Assembly (NCBI GenBank): GCA_003228105.1
Contig: QGNN01000002.1
Coordinates: 26 to 64,025, forward strand
Source: Chloroflexota bacterium
GTDB lineage: Bacteria; Chloroflexota; Dehalococcoidia; Lucifugimonadales; UBA826
DNA length: 64,000 nucleotides
Reading direction: 5' to 3'
The translations under genes and the position numbers were made by a program. Numbering within the stretch: position 1 is the first letter of the stretch; every line of letters starts with the position of its first letter. The notes under the pieces were generated by a model. It was not told where the DNA came from. It did no database searches and was given only the letters and a program-made list of their open reading frames with translations. Positions 18,237 to 27,789 of this stretch are shown in pieces.

Positions 18237-19431
18237 CATTAATTTTCATAGAGGCTGGCCTATCGCTGCAGCGTGCTTTTTGGCTTCTTCTGTTGCAGTA
18301 GGTGGATCCCAATACTCATTTGGTCATTTCGTTGAACCTCTGGAAAATACTTTTGGTTGGACGCGTACCCAGATAGGGTTGTCCTTGTCTTTAATCGCAT
18401 TAGGATCATTAATATCACCATTGATCGGGTCACTAATAGATAAACACGGATCAAGGCGAATAATGGCTTTTTCTATGGCGATATTTGGCATTAGTTATCT
18501 TGTTAGGCCGTTCATGACAGAACTATGGCATTGGTATTTCCTAAGTGTTGTCCAATCTTTCTCTATCGTCGGGGCCGCAATGTTGCCTCCAGGTAAATTG
18601 GTCGGGTTGTGGTTTCCTGAAAACCGAGGAAGAGTGATCGGCATAACTGCAATGGGAAATAATTTTGGCGGAATGGTAATACAACCAATCATTGCATTTT
18701 TGGTCACGGTATATAACTGGAGAATTGCTTATGCAGTTGTGGGGGCTTTGGGAATTTTGGTATCCATATATTCCTATTTGATTGTAAAAAATCCGGATAC
18801 TGTAAGTAAAGGAGTGGTAGAACCGGAAAAGAAGGCTGAAATTTTGACTGGATTTACTTTAAAAGAGGCAATCCGAACAAAAACTTTTTATGCTATTACC
18901 TTTGCGATACTATGCGGGACATTTACTTATAGTTCATTATTACCTCAAGTTTCTTCCCACCTCATCATTAACGGTGTGAGAGAAAGCACTGCATCCATAG
19001 CTGTAAGCTTGTTTGCCGCCTGTGGAATGGTGGGCAAATTTATCTTTGGAAACCTGTCCGATAAATATGGCCCACGCATGGCTTTGGTTTTAGATCTGTG
19101 CGGACAAGCAATTTTTGCATCCCTACTTATCTACGCAGGAGATGGACTTCCAGTGTGGGTAATTGTCCCCGCCATGGGGTTTTTTCTAGGAGCTTTTGGA
19201 GCTCTTTATCAACTAATAGTGATCGACGCATTTGGTGTGAAACATTTTGGCACGATAATGGGCGTTATTGCTATATCCAATGCTGTACCTTCCTTTTTGG
19301 GACCCATCATAGCGGGAATGAGTTTCGATGCCACGGGTAGCTATGCAGTTGCCTTTGTTATCACGTCTATAATATTTGTGCTTGGTGCAGTATCACTGAA
19401 ATTGACCAGTGAAAGTAGTGCTAAAATTTAA
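18229..19431 (+). CDS. MFS transporter (oxalate/formate antiporter-like)
   Basis: 400 aa, 12 TM; DKHGSRR loop; C-terminal FGVKHFGTIMG...FDATGSY. TTG start is uncertain. Confidence 0.8.
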   Translation: MYNINFHRGWPIAAACFLASSVAVGGSQYSFGHFVEPLENTFGWTRTQIGLSLSLIALGSLISPLIGSLIDKHGSRRIMAFSMAIFGISYLVRPFMTELWHWYFLSVVQSFSIVGAAMLPPGKLVGLWFPENRGRVIGITAMGNNFGGMVIQPIIAFLVTVYNWRIAYAVVGALGILVSIYSYLIVKNPDTVSKGVVEPEKKAEILTGFTLKEAIRTKTFYAITFAILCGTFTYSSLLPQVSSHLIINGVRESTASIAVSLFAACGMVGKFIFGNLSDKYGPRMALVLDLCGQAIFASLLIYAGDGLPVWVIVPAMGFFLGAFGALYQLIVIDAFGVKHFGTIMGVIAISNAVPSFLGPIIAGMSFDATGSYAVAFVITSIIFVLGAVSLKLTSESSAKI

Positions 19432-19442
19432 GCTGCCTTGTT

Positions 19443-20198
19443 CTATAGTGAACGTAGGTAATCCACTACTGGATATGATTCCCAGTTGTTCGGGGAGGAG
19501 TCACTGACGGCGAATGATTCAAAGTGAGGACCTTTTCTTTCGGAAAGGTGTGCTGCAAATTCTTGGGCGTCTTCTTGACTCTTATAATTTTTTAGTCCTT
19601 CTATTTTGTATCCAATGGTGTCATTAATACCTATGATTAAGTCCATATTTTTTTCAACTGCGCTTAATTGTAGGTTCCACATTTTGGCTATATCTTCTGG
19701 AATGGACTGGTAGATCAGAAGCGGTGAGTTTTCACTTGTAGGATTAAAATATTTTTTATAGGCAATCAGAGTGGATTTGTGGATTGCTATGTGATCTGAA
19801 TGGTTAGATATGCCGCTTGGACCGAAGGTCGATACAACATCTGGTTCAACCAGATGCATTATGTCTAGAATTTTTATGGCTAAAACCTCAGGATCTTCTT
19901 TTTCTAGCTCCTGGTCCACGTATCGCAACATAAAAGGTGGATTTGCTCCGTAGGCTTTCATATTTGCTTTTAATTCGGATTCTCTAACGGAGGCAAGATC
20001 CTCTCTTCTGATCTTTGTGTCACCGGTTCCCAATGTACCTAATTCCCCACCCGTAGCTGTAATGACGTAGACTTGGTTGCCTTTGCTACTTAGTTTCACC
20101 ATAGTGCCGGCACTGGCAGAGGTTTCGTCATCTGGGTGTCCATACACCCCCAACCAGACAATGCTCTCTTTATTCGTCGATGTCATGGGTAATTCCAT
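19443..20198 (-). CDS. PIG-L/LmbE-family N-acetylglucosaminyl deacetylase
   Basis: 251 aa. VYGHPDDETS zinc motif and HSDHIAIH. Confidence 0.8.
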   Translation of the reverse strand: MELPMTSTNKESIVWLGVYGHPDDETSASAGTMVKLSSKGNQVYVITATGGELGTLGTGDTKIRREDLASVRESELKANMKAYGANPPFMLRYVDQELEKEDPEVLAIKILDIMHLVEPDVVSTFGPSGISNHSDHIAIHKSTLIAYKKYFNPTSENSPLLIYQSIPEDIAKMWNLQLSAVEKNMDLIIGINDTIGYKIEGLKNYKSQEDAQEFAAHLSERKGPHFESFAVSDSSPNNWESYPVVDYLRSL

Positions 20199-20901
20199 AA
20201 GTCATTTGCACAATCATCTCATCCAGTCTCACACAGTTTCGGCATCTATGTCTTCCTTCCGGGGGTATTTTCATTTTGGACACAGAATGGACTAATTCTA
20301 GTATAGGTGGTATCAGTTTTTCTGGCCTTCTTTCAACTTCAATTATATTGGATTTAAATCCCAGAGCCATTCCCATCTCTGAAATAGCTGAACTAGATGA
20401 TGCGAACTCTTTTTGACTTTCCGGTTCCATGAATATCAGATAAAGACGACTGATAGGACTGTACCCGGAGGATTCGGCTATCCATGCGTAAGCATTCAAC
20501 TGTATTTGATACGGCAGCAGGGCATATTTTCTTTCAGGGTTGTAGCGTGAGGTTTTGTAATCGACAATCACATAGGACCCGTCTGAAAGGCGAAATATGG
20601 CGTCTGCTTCTCCTCTCACTCTTACGCCGGTGGGTTCATCATCTTTGTAAAATCTCCTCCAATTTGGAGGTTTTATATTCTCAGTGATCTCTCCAATTTC
20701 TTCTAACCAATCGGGCAACCGGGAAAATTTTTGGAAAAATTCAGAAATGACGTTTTTAGTAAAACTGTCTATTGAACTAAATATTGAAGGGAACGTTTGA
20801 TAAGGAAGATCCTTGACGTGCATCCTTATCCAGGCACACCTTAAACAAGGGTATCGTGTCGCATAGTTGCCTAATTCAGTTGCTGAAATTGTAATAGTCA
20901 T
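20170..20901 (-). CDS. PD-(D/E)xK nuclease, Cas4/RecB-like, with CxxC pairs at both ends
   Basis: 243 aa. GEADAIF...VIVDYKTSR...YQIQLNAY core motifs; N-terminal CLRC and C-terminal CRNC. Its 3' end overlaps the LmbE gene by 29 nt. Confidence 0.65.
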   Translation of the reverse strand: MTITISATELGNYATRYPCLRCAWIRMHVKDLPYQTFPSIFSSIDSFTKNVISEFFQKFSRLPDWLEEIGEITENIKPPNWRRFYKDDEPTGVRVRGEADAIFRLSDGSYVIVDYKTSRYNPERKYALLPYQIQLNAYAWIAESSGYSPISRLYLIFMEPESQKEFASSSSAISEMGMALGFKSNIIEVERRPEKLIPPILELVHSVSKMKIPPEGRHRCRNCVRLDEMIVQMTYGITHDIDE

Positions 20902-20966
20902 TTGGGGTTTTTCGTTATACTAGAGCGAATATATTTCTGAACATTATTGCAAAAAAGAGGCAAGTT

Positions 20967-21833
20967 GTGGAGAAACGTCGACTTGGGAGAACCGGACACA
21001 GCAGTACAGTAATTACCTTCGGGGCCTATTCGATAGGAAAATTGAGTCAGCCAGATGCCGATGCTGCTATCCAAATGTGCTTGGACTACGGAGTCAATCA
21101 TATGGATATAGCCCCTGGGTATTCTGAATCAATGGAGCGTGTTGCACCATGGATGCCGGAGTTACGCTCAAAGATGTTTTTGGGTTGTAAGACTCCAATG
21201 AGAACTAGGGATGATGTGTGGAGTAATGTTCAAGACATAATGGGCCGTATGAATGTGAGTTCTTTTGATTTGTTCCAATTGCATTCGGTAATAGATCTTG
21301 AAACTCTAGATCGGGTGACAGCAAAAGGCGGGGCCTTGGAGGCGTTAGTAGAGATGAGGGAACAAGGGCTGACGAAATGGCTCGGTATCACAGGACATGG
21401 TCCTTCTTCACCGTCTATACATCTGGAGGCGCTGAGGAGGTTTGATTTCGACACAGTGATGTTTCCGGTAAATGCTTCAATGTATAGAAATCCTGAATAC
21501 CAGAAAAATTCAGATACCTTAATTCAATTTTGTAATCAAAATGATGTAGGAATTCAGACAATAAAGATGATAGCCAGAGGTGGATGGGCCGATACCCAAA
21601 AAGACTGTGCGACCTGGTACGACCCTTATAGGGAACAGAAAGAAATAGATGAGGCTTTGTGGTGGCAGTTGTCGCAAAAAATAGATACGGCTCCTAGCTG
21701 TGGAGAGTTCTCATTACTTGAAAAAGTTTTAGATGCCGGGTCCCGCTTCCAACAGTTATCCACAGAGGAGCAGGAAAACATAACTTCAACAAGGGTTTCC
21801 ATTAATCCAGAGCCCAAATTAGCAATAATCTAA
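20967..21833 (+). CDS. aldo/keto reductase
   Basis: 288 aa. RRLGRTGHSSTVITFG, MDIAPGY, LFQLH, WLGITGH. GTG start lies 6 nt after AAGAGG. Confidence 0.8.
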   Translation: MEKRRLGRTGHSSTVITFGAYSIGKLSQPDADAAIQMCLDYGVNHMDIAPGYSESMERVAPWMPELRSKMFLGCKTPMRTRDDVWSNVQDIMGRMNVSSFDLFQLHSVIDLETLDRVTAKGGALEALVEMREQGLTKWLGITGHGPSSPSIHLEALRRFDFDTVMFPVNASMYRNPEYQKNSDTLIQFCNQNDVGIQTIKMIARGGWADTQKDCATWYDPYREQKEIDEALWWQLSQKIDTAPSCGEFSLLEKVLDAGSRFQQLSTEEQENITSTRVSINPEPKLAII

Positions 21834-23098
21834 GGGTATCTATAATTTCTTAACCCGGTTATTAGACGCCATACAAGAAGAACTACGCAAACGGATACTG
21901 CTCCACCCAATAGCATAGTGTTTCCAGCTCCAATTCGTTCAGACATGAAGCCAACTTCGAATGTTCCTATATTATTTGCTGCCATCGCGCTAAAAGCATG
22001 AAAACTTACAGCTCTACCTCTCATATGGTCGGGAGTTGTTAATTGCACTGTGGTTTGTCTGGTAGTCATACCTATAGCGTCAGTCGCACCCAGTCCGGAA
22101 ATTATTCCTCCCCCTATTAATAATAAAAGCAATGGATGTACGTTGAGAAATTGAATTGAGCCGAAGCCGAACAACAGAAGAGAATATATTCCTGTAGCGT
22201 ATAGAACCAACATCCCTTTGGAGCGATATTTAGCCAAGAAGAGGACAAGGAAACTTCCGGAAACTCCGCCTAGAGAATTGGCGGCGGAAAGAGGCCCTAT
22301 AGCCCAGGCACCTTGCTGGAATAATTTATTCACTATTAAAGGCATGATTTCTCTGTAAAAGCTTACGACTGTAACCCCTAGGTCCATGATATAGAGTCCA
22401 GGAAGTATGGGGTGGTTTCTAACAAATGTGAATCCTTCCCATAATCTTGAAGCCATAGAGCCTTTTAAAGGTCTGTCAGACTCATCGGTGCCGTAGTTGG
22501 CATTAATAAATAACGGTATTATTGAGGCTGGCAGGGAGAAACAGACACCTATCAAAAATACAGCAGGTAACCCGACTAATTTATATGCAACGGAAAATAA
22601 TAAAGGTGTCAGGATGGAGCTTATTTGGTATGTAGCTGTATTAGAAGTAACAGCATGCAGCAGGTGAGAAGTGGGCACTACATTGGCTGTAATTGCCGAA
22701 CGGGCTGGCCCACCCAACGTGCTCGTCACTCCAAGTATTGCCACCATTGCATATATGTGCCAAGGCTTCAAAGAATCGCTGATTAATAGAATTGTGGCAA
22801 AGGTTATTAAAAAGAAGCTGAAGCATTGGGTGATCGATATTAGCTTTTTGCGATCAAACTGGTCAGCGAATGCTCCTCCAAACAATGTGGCCGGCATTTG
22901 GACAGCGAGTTGCACTAATCCTAGTAATCCGAGTTGTATTCCTGAACCTGTCTCCGCATAAAGCCACACACCGAATCCAAGCAGCCGGATCTGCATGGTA
23001 ACTGAAGCAGACAACCCTGATATCCATAGCATTCTGAAATTTGGAAACCTGAAAGCAGACCAAGGTTTTATATTGTTGGAGTCTTCTATATTACGCAA
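21830..23098 (-). CDS. MFS transporter (MFS_3 / EntS-like)
   Basis: 422 aa. FRMLWISGLSASVTMQ, GAFADQFDRKKL. Confidence 0.8.
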   Translation of the reverse strand: MRNIEDSNNIKPWSAFRFPNFRMLWISGLSASVTMQIRLLGFGVWLYAETGSGIQLGLLGLVQLAVQMPATLFGGAFADQFDRKKLISITQCFSFFLITFATILLISDSLKPWHIYAMVAILGVTSTLGGPARSAITANVVPTSHLLHAVTSNTATYQISSILTPLLFSVAYKLVGLPAVFLIGVCFSLPASIIPLFINANYGTDESDRPLKGSMASRLWEGFTFVRNHPILPGLYIMDLGVTVVSFYREIMPLIVNKLFQQGAWAIGPLSAANSLGGVSGSFLVLFLAKYRSKGMLVLYATGIYSLLLFGFGSIQFLNVHPLLLLLIGGGIISGLGATDAIGMTTRQTTVQLTTPDHMRGRAVSFHAFSAMAANNIGTFEVGFMSERIGAGNTMLLGGAVSVCVVLLVWRLITGLRNYRYP

Positions 23099-23159
23099 AA
23101 AGTATAAAACCTAATGGCGCATTCGGTTGGGGGGGGCTGCTTCTGATTTTTATATGGTT

Positions 23160-23975
23160 TCACGAAGAGCCATTATAGACTAAGTTATAGGTCCAAGGTG
23201 TCCAGTTATATGCTGCGCTTGTTGCACCGTCTACAAGCAAGCTCGCTCCTGTTACAAAAGATGACTCTTCAGAGGCGAAAAACAAAGCTGCATATGCAAT
23301 ATCAACTGGCAGACCCATTCTGGAAATGGGTTGCATTTTGCTCCGACGGACATTTACATCCTCGTTGTTAAGGTCATTCCAATCGACGCCTGACATCTCG
23401 GTTGCAATTGCTCCAGGCTGGATAGAATTTACTCTAATATTGTATTTGGCGTATGAAAGGGAAGATTTTTTGGTTAGCATTGCCATTCCCCCCTTTGATA
23501 CATGGTAAGAAGTTGAAGAACTGTCAGTGGCTCGGGTGTCTAATACTGAAGAGTTATTTATTATCGAACCGAAGCGAGTTGTTATCATATGCCCTACCGT
23601 GTATTTAGTGCATAAAAAGGCCCCTTTGAGATTTACATCCAATACTGATTCAAATATAATTGCACCCTTTTGATGAGGGTCTTGTTGGGATGGGTTATTT
23701 ATCCTGGCATTGTTAAATAAAATATCTAATTTCCCAAAATTATCCATCGTGATATTGACTAGTTTTTGGACATCACTAGAGACTGACACATCAGTATTAA
23801 CAAACATACATTCACCCTGATCATGTTTAATTTCGCTCGCCACTTGGATTCCTAAGTTTTCCCTGCGTCCAGCTATAACTACTATGCACCCTTCCGAAGC
23901 AAAAAGTTCAGCTGCAGCTCTCCCCATTCCTGACGAGCCCCCTGTTATAACGACAACCTTGTTTTGTAACCTAAT
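23160..23975 (-). CDS. SDR-family oxidoreductase, probably initiated at a non-canonical ATT
   Basis: The track ORF starts at the ATG at 23927 (MGRAAAELF), but the in-frame upstream codons read (I)RLQNKVVVITGGSSG-M. That restores the TGxxxGxG Rossmann motif. There is no ATG/GTG/TTG between it and the upstream stop. AGGAG (23987..23983) lies 7 nt before the ATT at 23975..23973. Confidence 0.7.
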   Translation of the reverse strand: MRLQNKVVVITGGSSGMGRAAAELFASEGCIVVIAGRRENLGIQVASEIKHDQGECMFVNTDVSVSSDVQKLVNITMDNFGKLDILFNNARINNPSQQDPHQKGAIIFESVLDVNLKGAFLCTKYTVGHMITTRFGSIINNSSVLDTRATDSSSTSYHVSKGGMAMLTKKSSLSYAKYNIRVNSIQPGAIATEMSGVDWNDLNNEDVNVRRSKMQPISRMGLPVDIAYAALFFASEESSFVTGASLLVDGATSAAYNWTPWTYNLVYNGSS

Positions 23976-24288
23976 TAATTCGCTCCTATTGAGAGTATTG
24001 GTATTTATAAATTCTAAAAATTAGGTTGATATATCGTAAAAATCACTTAATCCCTCACTAAAGACGGCCGTAAGAAGTTAGTTCGTTTGCCCTGCCATAA
24101 ATTCTGCGAATCCTGACACTCGATTGGCTTCCACCGATCTCCGTAAAATATGCTTGATCTCGGCTGTATAACTCTTCCAAAGCCCCTGAGCAGTTTGAAT
24201 TAAATGATGGGCAAACCACCATTTTGGAGTTTATTTAGAGCTGTTTCGGGCTCTAATGATTCATGGTAGGCTGTTTGAGTAAGATAGC

Positions 24289-24684
24289 ATGAGGAGTTCG
24301 ACTGTTCTGTTTATTAAATTTAAGAAGACAATTCTTTATTTCATCGGTTTGGTGTTTTTAGGAATAGGAATAGCTGGATATTTTCTTCCCGGGTTGCCTG
24401 GTACAGTTTTTCTTATTCTTTCTGCGGTCTGTTTCATGCGGTCAAACGAGAAAATGTATCGCTGGGTTACAGAACACCGGCTATTTGGAAGCCAGGTAAA
24501 ACAATTCTTGGAAACGGGCGCTATGCCTAAAAGAGCCAAAATAATCTCTGTTAGCTGTGTATGGTTTTTTTCAGCAATATCAATATCTCCTATCACGCCT
24601 TATGGTTGGATATTTAAAGCTACAGTTATCTCTCTTGCCGTTATAGGTACGTTGTATATACTGACGCGTCCAACTTCCAAATAG
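24289..24684 (+). CDS. DUF454 (YbaN-like) inner-membrane protein
   Basis: 131 aa. GIAGYFLPGLPGTVFLILSAVCFMRSNEKMYRWV...RLFG...MPKRAK. Confidence 0.75.
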   Translation: MRSSTVLFIKFKKTILYFIGLVFLGIGIAGYFLPGLPGTVFLILSAVCFMRSNEKMYRWVTEHRLFGSQVKQFLETGAMPKRAKIISVSCVWFFSAISISPITPYGWIFKATVISLAVIGTLYILTRPTSK

Positions 24685-24694
24685 AAATTGCTTA

Positions 24695-24973
24695 CTATAG
24701 AACCGAAACTTTGATTTGTGGGTCAGCTTCTCCCCTCTTAAGTGCCTCCATTATGGTTTCAGCAAGCCTTTTTGCCGACTGGGGACTTAATTCCACAGCG
24801 ACTCTCGATCCAACCCCCTGAGATTGGTTAACAAAATCTATATTCAATCCATATTCCCAAGGGGCATTAAAAGGATGATCATAGGATACGTTTGCCATTT
24901 CTAGTGGAAACCAGCCATCCCTGCCTTTGGCGCTTCCTTCCATCTCAGCTCTTTCACATATCATTGTGCACAT
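24695..24973 (-). CDS. hypothetical protein (92 aa)
   Basis: ORF packed 16 nt downstream of the dienelactone hydrolase gene on the same strand; no family recognised. Confidence 0.4.
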   Translation of the reverse strand: MCTMICERAEMEGSAKGRDGWFPLEMANVSYDHPFNAPWEYGLNIDFVNQSQGVGSRVAVELSPQSAKRLAETIMEALKRGEADPQIKVSVL

Positions 24974-24989
24974 AGGGTGTTTTTCCTTT

Positions 24990-25745
24990 TTAAGCTAATT
25001 TCTTACCCAGGAACGTTAACATTTTGCTCCACCCGTCAACCGCAGAGCTTTGATGGTAAATAGGTCGGTCAAAATAAAAGAAACCATGTCCTGCTTCAGG
25101 GTACCTATGAAATTCGATGTCCTTTCCTGCTGCCTTCAATTCTTCTTCATGTTGATTAACTTGTTCAGGGGTAGGGCTTTGGTCCAGATCTCCGAAAAGC
25201 CCTAGTAGCGGTGCATTCAAATCTTTTGTATATGAATTTGGAGATACAGGTTGTTTGTCGGTAAGTTGGTCGTCAGACATAATTACGTTTCCGCCCCAGC
25301 ATTCCACTATGGCATCGAAACAGTCGAGTCTACATCCAGCTAGAAATACATGCCTACCGCCGGAGCATGTTCCGAATATTCCCACTTTGCCATTTGAACT
25401 TGGCAGTGACCTAATGTACTTAGCTGCGGCGTCTAGATCCCCTATCACTTGATCGTCTGAAACTCCACCATCTGCCCTGACTGCAGCTGCAACATCTTCC
25501 GGGGCACCGTGTGCCTCTCTGCAATACAGGTCTGGGGAAATCGCAAGATATCCGTGATGTGCTAGTTTGCGGGTAAATTCACGATACAGTTCATCCCATC
25601 CTGGTAAATGATGGGCTAGAATTACTGCAGGGAACGGCCCCGGCCCCATAGGTCTTGCAAGGTAGGTGTGAATTGCGTCGCCGCCCGTTCCGTTGATAGT
25701 GATAGTCTCAGCTATGATCCCTTCGTATTGTTCTGTTGTATACAT
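24990..25745 (-). CDS. dienelactone hydrolase family (carboxymethylenebutenolidase-like)
   Basis: 251 aa. alpha/beta-hydrolase with GIFGTCSGG nucleophile elbow and GHGFF C-terminal His. Confidence 0.8.
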   Translation of the reverse strand: MYTTEQYEGIIAETITINGTGGDAIHTYLARPMGPGPFPAVILAHHLPGWDELYREFTRKLAHHGYLAISPDLYCREAHGAPEDVAAAVRADGGVSDDQVIGDLDAAAKYIRSLPSSNGKVGIFGTCSGGRHVFLAGCRLDCFDAIVECWGGNVIMSDDQLTDKQPVSPNSYTKDLNAPLLGLFGDLDQSPTPEQVNQHEEELKAAGKDIEFHRYPEAGHGFFYFDRPIYHQSSAVDGWSKMLTFLGKKLA

Positions 25746-25779
25746 TTTTACCCTTCTAATTTGATTTGGGAATTAATTA

Positions 25780-26574
25780 TTAGGAAAACACGGCGGAACC
25801 TACACCACCACCTGCAGCTATTGATTCCCCAGTTATAGCGGAGGCTCTCGGAGAACATAAGAATACCGCTAGATAGGCTATTTCTTCGGCCTCCACCATC
25901 CTTTTTATATCAATAAATTGTGTAGCCTTCCTTTCGATATCCTCGACCGATAAGCCTTGGGTATGGGCGATGTTTGCCTGCATAGGCTGTGTTCTTTCTG
26001 TTCTGGTGGCACCTGGATGGATAATATTGGCCGTTATGCCAAATTGGCCTAATTCATTGGAAAGAGTCTTTGTTAGGTGGACTAGAGCTAGGTTTCGCAT
26101 GCCGCTGATAGCTCCTCCACTTCTTGCCGCCAAACCACCAATATTTATTATTCTGCCCCATTGTGCTTTTTTCATGTAAGGTACAGACCTTTTTGTCGAT
26201 CGCAGGTATCCAACAACTTTGGTGTCTATGTCGTTTATGAGTTCTAATGGGTCGGCTTGGTCTAACGGACCCATGACCAAACCGCCTGGGGCGGCGGCAT
26301 TGTTTATTAAAATATCCAGCCCCCCAAGATCGGAAACGGCACCATCTATGAACGTGGAAATTGAGCTATCATCTCGGGTATCTGCAACGGCAGTAAAAAC
26401 CCTCACACCATAGTTGGAAGCTATCTCGTCAGCAGTTTCTATTAAGTCGGATTCATTTCTAGCACACAATCCCAAATCAACGCCTTCTTTAGCCAATTCC
26501 CTCGCAATAGCTTTACCAATTCCTTTGCTGCCGCCGGTGATGATCGCCTTTTTACCGCTTATGGAAAGTTCCAT
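25780..26574 (-). CDS. SDR-family oxidoreductase
   Basis: 264 aa. KKAIITGGSKGIGKAIA, NNAA, IHPG. Confidence 0.85.
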   Translation of the reverse strand: MELSISGKKAIITGGSKGIGKAIARELAKEGVDLGLCARNESDLIETADEIASNYGVRVFTAVADTRDDSSISTFIDGAVSDLGGLDILINNAAAPGGLVMGPLDQADPLELINDIDTKVVGYLRSTKRSVPYMKKAQWGRIINIGGLAARSGGAISGMRNLALVHLTKTLSNELGQFGITANIIHPGATRTERTQPMQANIAHTQGLSVEDIERKATQFIDIKRMVEAEEIAYLAVFLCSPRASAITGESIAAGGGVGSAVFS

Positions 26575-26583
26575 GACAGTTAA

Positions 26584-27387
26584 CTACTCCCCTTCCATTG
26601 CTCTGAGTACTTTCTCACCTTCGTTCTTCCAAAATGAGAAAAGTATTGATATATCTGTACCGAGCGAGAAATCTCTTACTCCCATATCTAGATACTCTTT
26701 CATTTCGTCGGACGATTGAATTTCAGCCCTTGGAGGAACTCCCATTTTTATTCCTAATTCAAAAGTCTTCTTTTTTGCCGCTTGCACTTCCGGATCGTTC
26801 ATTTGTCTTGGTTTGCCTATGTTCATTGAAAAATCTGCACCGCCCCATTGGATCATCTCCACACCTGGCTCAGATAAAATTTCTTCGAGATTATCAACAG
26901 CGCCTTTTTTTTCGATCATGAAGGCTAATACCACATCCCCAAGCATATCTACATATTCTTGAGTACCTCCATATTCCATGTAGGAGTTTCTCCTGGTGGC
27001 AACACCATAGAGGCCTCCATGATCAGGGTGATCGGGCCTGGCTGATTTGATGCATTCCCGGACTTCTTCTATGCTTCGTACGTCTGTAAATAGCACGCTT
27101 TCGTAACCAGATCCTATTCCTCGTTGAGCAAGGAAGGGCATAAGGCTTTGATCTATCTTAATCATGCTGCCAAGATTGTGTAGTTCGGATGTTCGGCACA
27201 TGTTGTCAAGGTCGTGCAAGTCTGATGGCCCATACTCCGCCACGAATTCAACATAGTCATATATACCTGCATGTCCAATGGCTTCTATTTCTGCCGGCCA
27301 CACACTGTGTATATGGGTACTAAGGGTGGGTTTTCCCTCTTTTAATTTTTGTCTGATTGAGTTAGTCCTAAGCATTGCATCCTCCAT
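26584..27387 (-). CDS. HpcH/HpaI aldolase / citrate-lyase-beta family protein
   Basis: 267 aa; second paralog of the family in the window. FMIEKKGAV, MIQWGGADFSM. Confidence 0.7.
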   Translation of the reverse strand: MEDAMLRTNSIRQKLKEGKPTLSTHIHSVWPAEIEAIGHAGIYDYVEFVAEYGPSDLHDLDNMCRTSELHNLGSMIKIDQSLMPFLAQRGIGSGYESVLFTDVRSIEEVRECIKSARPDHPDHGGLYGVATRRNSYMEYGGTQEYVDMLGDVVLAFMIEKKGAVDNLEEILSEPGVEMIQWGGADFSMNIGKPRQMNDPEVQAAKKKTFELGIKMGVPPRAEIQSSDEMKEYLDMGVRDFSLGTDISILFSFWKNEGEKVLRAMEGE

Positions 27388-27567
27388 GATGTTTATGTTT
27401 CTATGGTATCGGTAGGTTATCAGAAAGATTACCTACAATTCATCTGTTTTAAATTAAGACTTTAAACTCACCGTTTTTAACCTAGTCATGAGAGTTAGTT
27501 ACGGAATATAATCCCCACATAAATTTCATGAAACAATTTTCTGTTCTTGCTTAAATGTAGTGAATAA

Positions 27568-27768
27568 TTGTTAAAAAACACCTTTATTTTAGGAATGCCA
27601 TTACAATTTATTTCAGTTGTTTTAGTTGCGGGATTGCTTGTTATTTATGTGCTTGCGATATCAGCTTCGACACGGATAGAAAAACGGAAAGATGCTCGAT
27701 ATGAAATAGGGCAAACGGAAATTTATACCTGGGAATCGGCAGCGATTTGGATGTGCCCTCTTCACTGA
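27568..27768 (+). CDS. possible small membrane protein upstream of an MFS gene
   Basis: One TM helix (ISVVLVAGLLVIYVLAI). Likely ATG at 27595. No convincing SD. Confidence 0.25.
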   Translation: MLKNTFILGMPLQFISVVLVAGLLVIYVLAISASTRIEKRKDARYEIGQTEIYTWESAAIWMCPLH

Positions 27769-27789
27769 GGTCGGAGAATTCTTAAAAAA

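Noticed and set aside
24000-24288. Unusually long (~290 nt) non-coding gap containing a 50-codon stop-free minus-strand stretch (24081..24230: PKWWFAHHLIQTAQGLWKSYTAEIKHILRRSVEANRVSGFAEFMAGQTN)
   Set aside because: It has no start codon and I cannot recognise a family. It may be another gene relic, but I cannot support that from the sequence alone.
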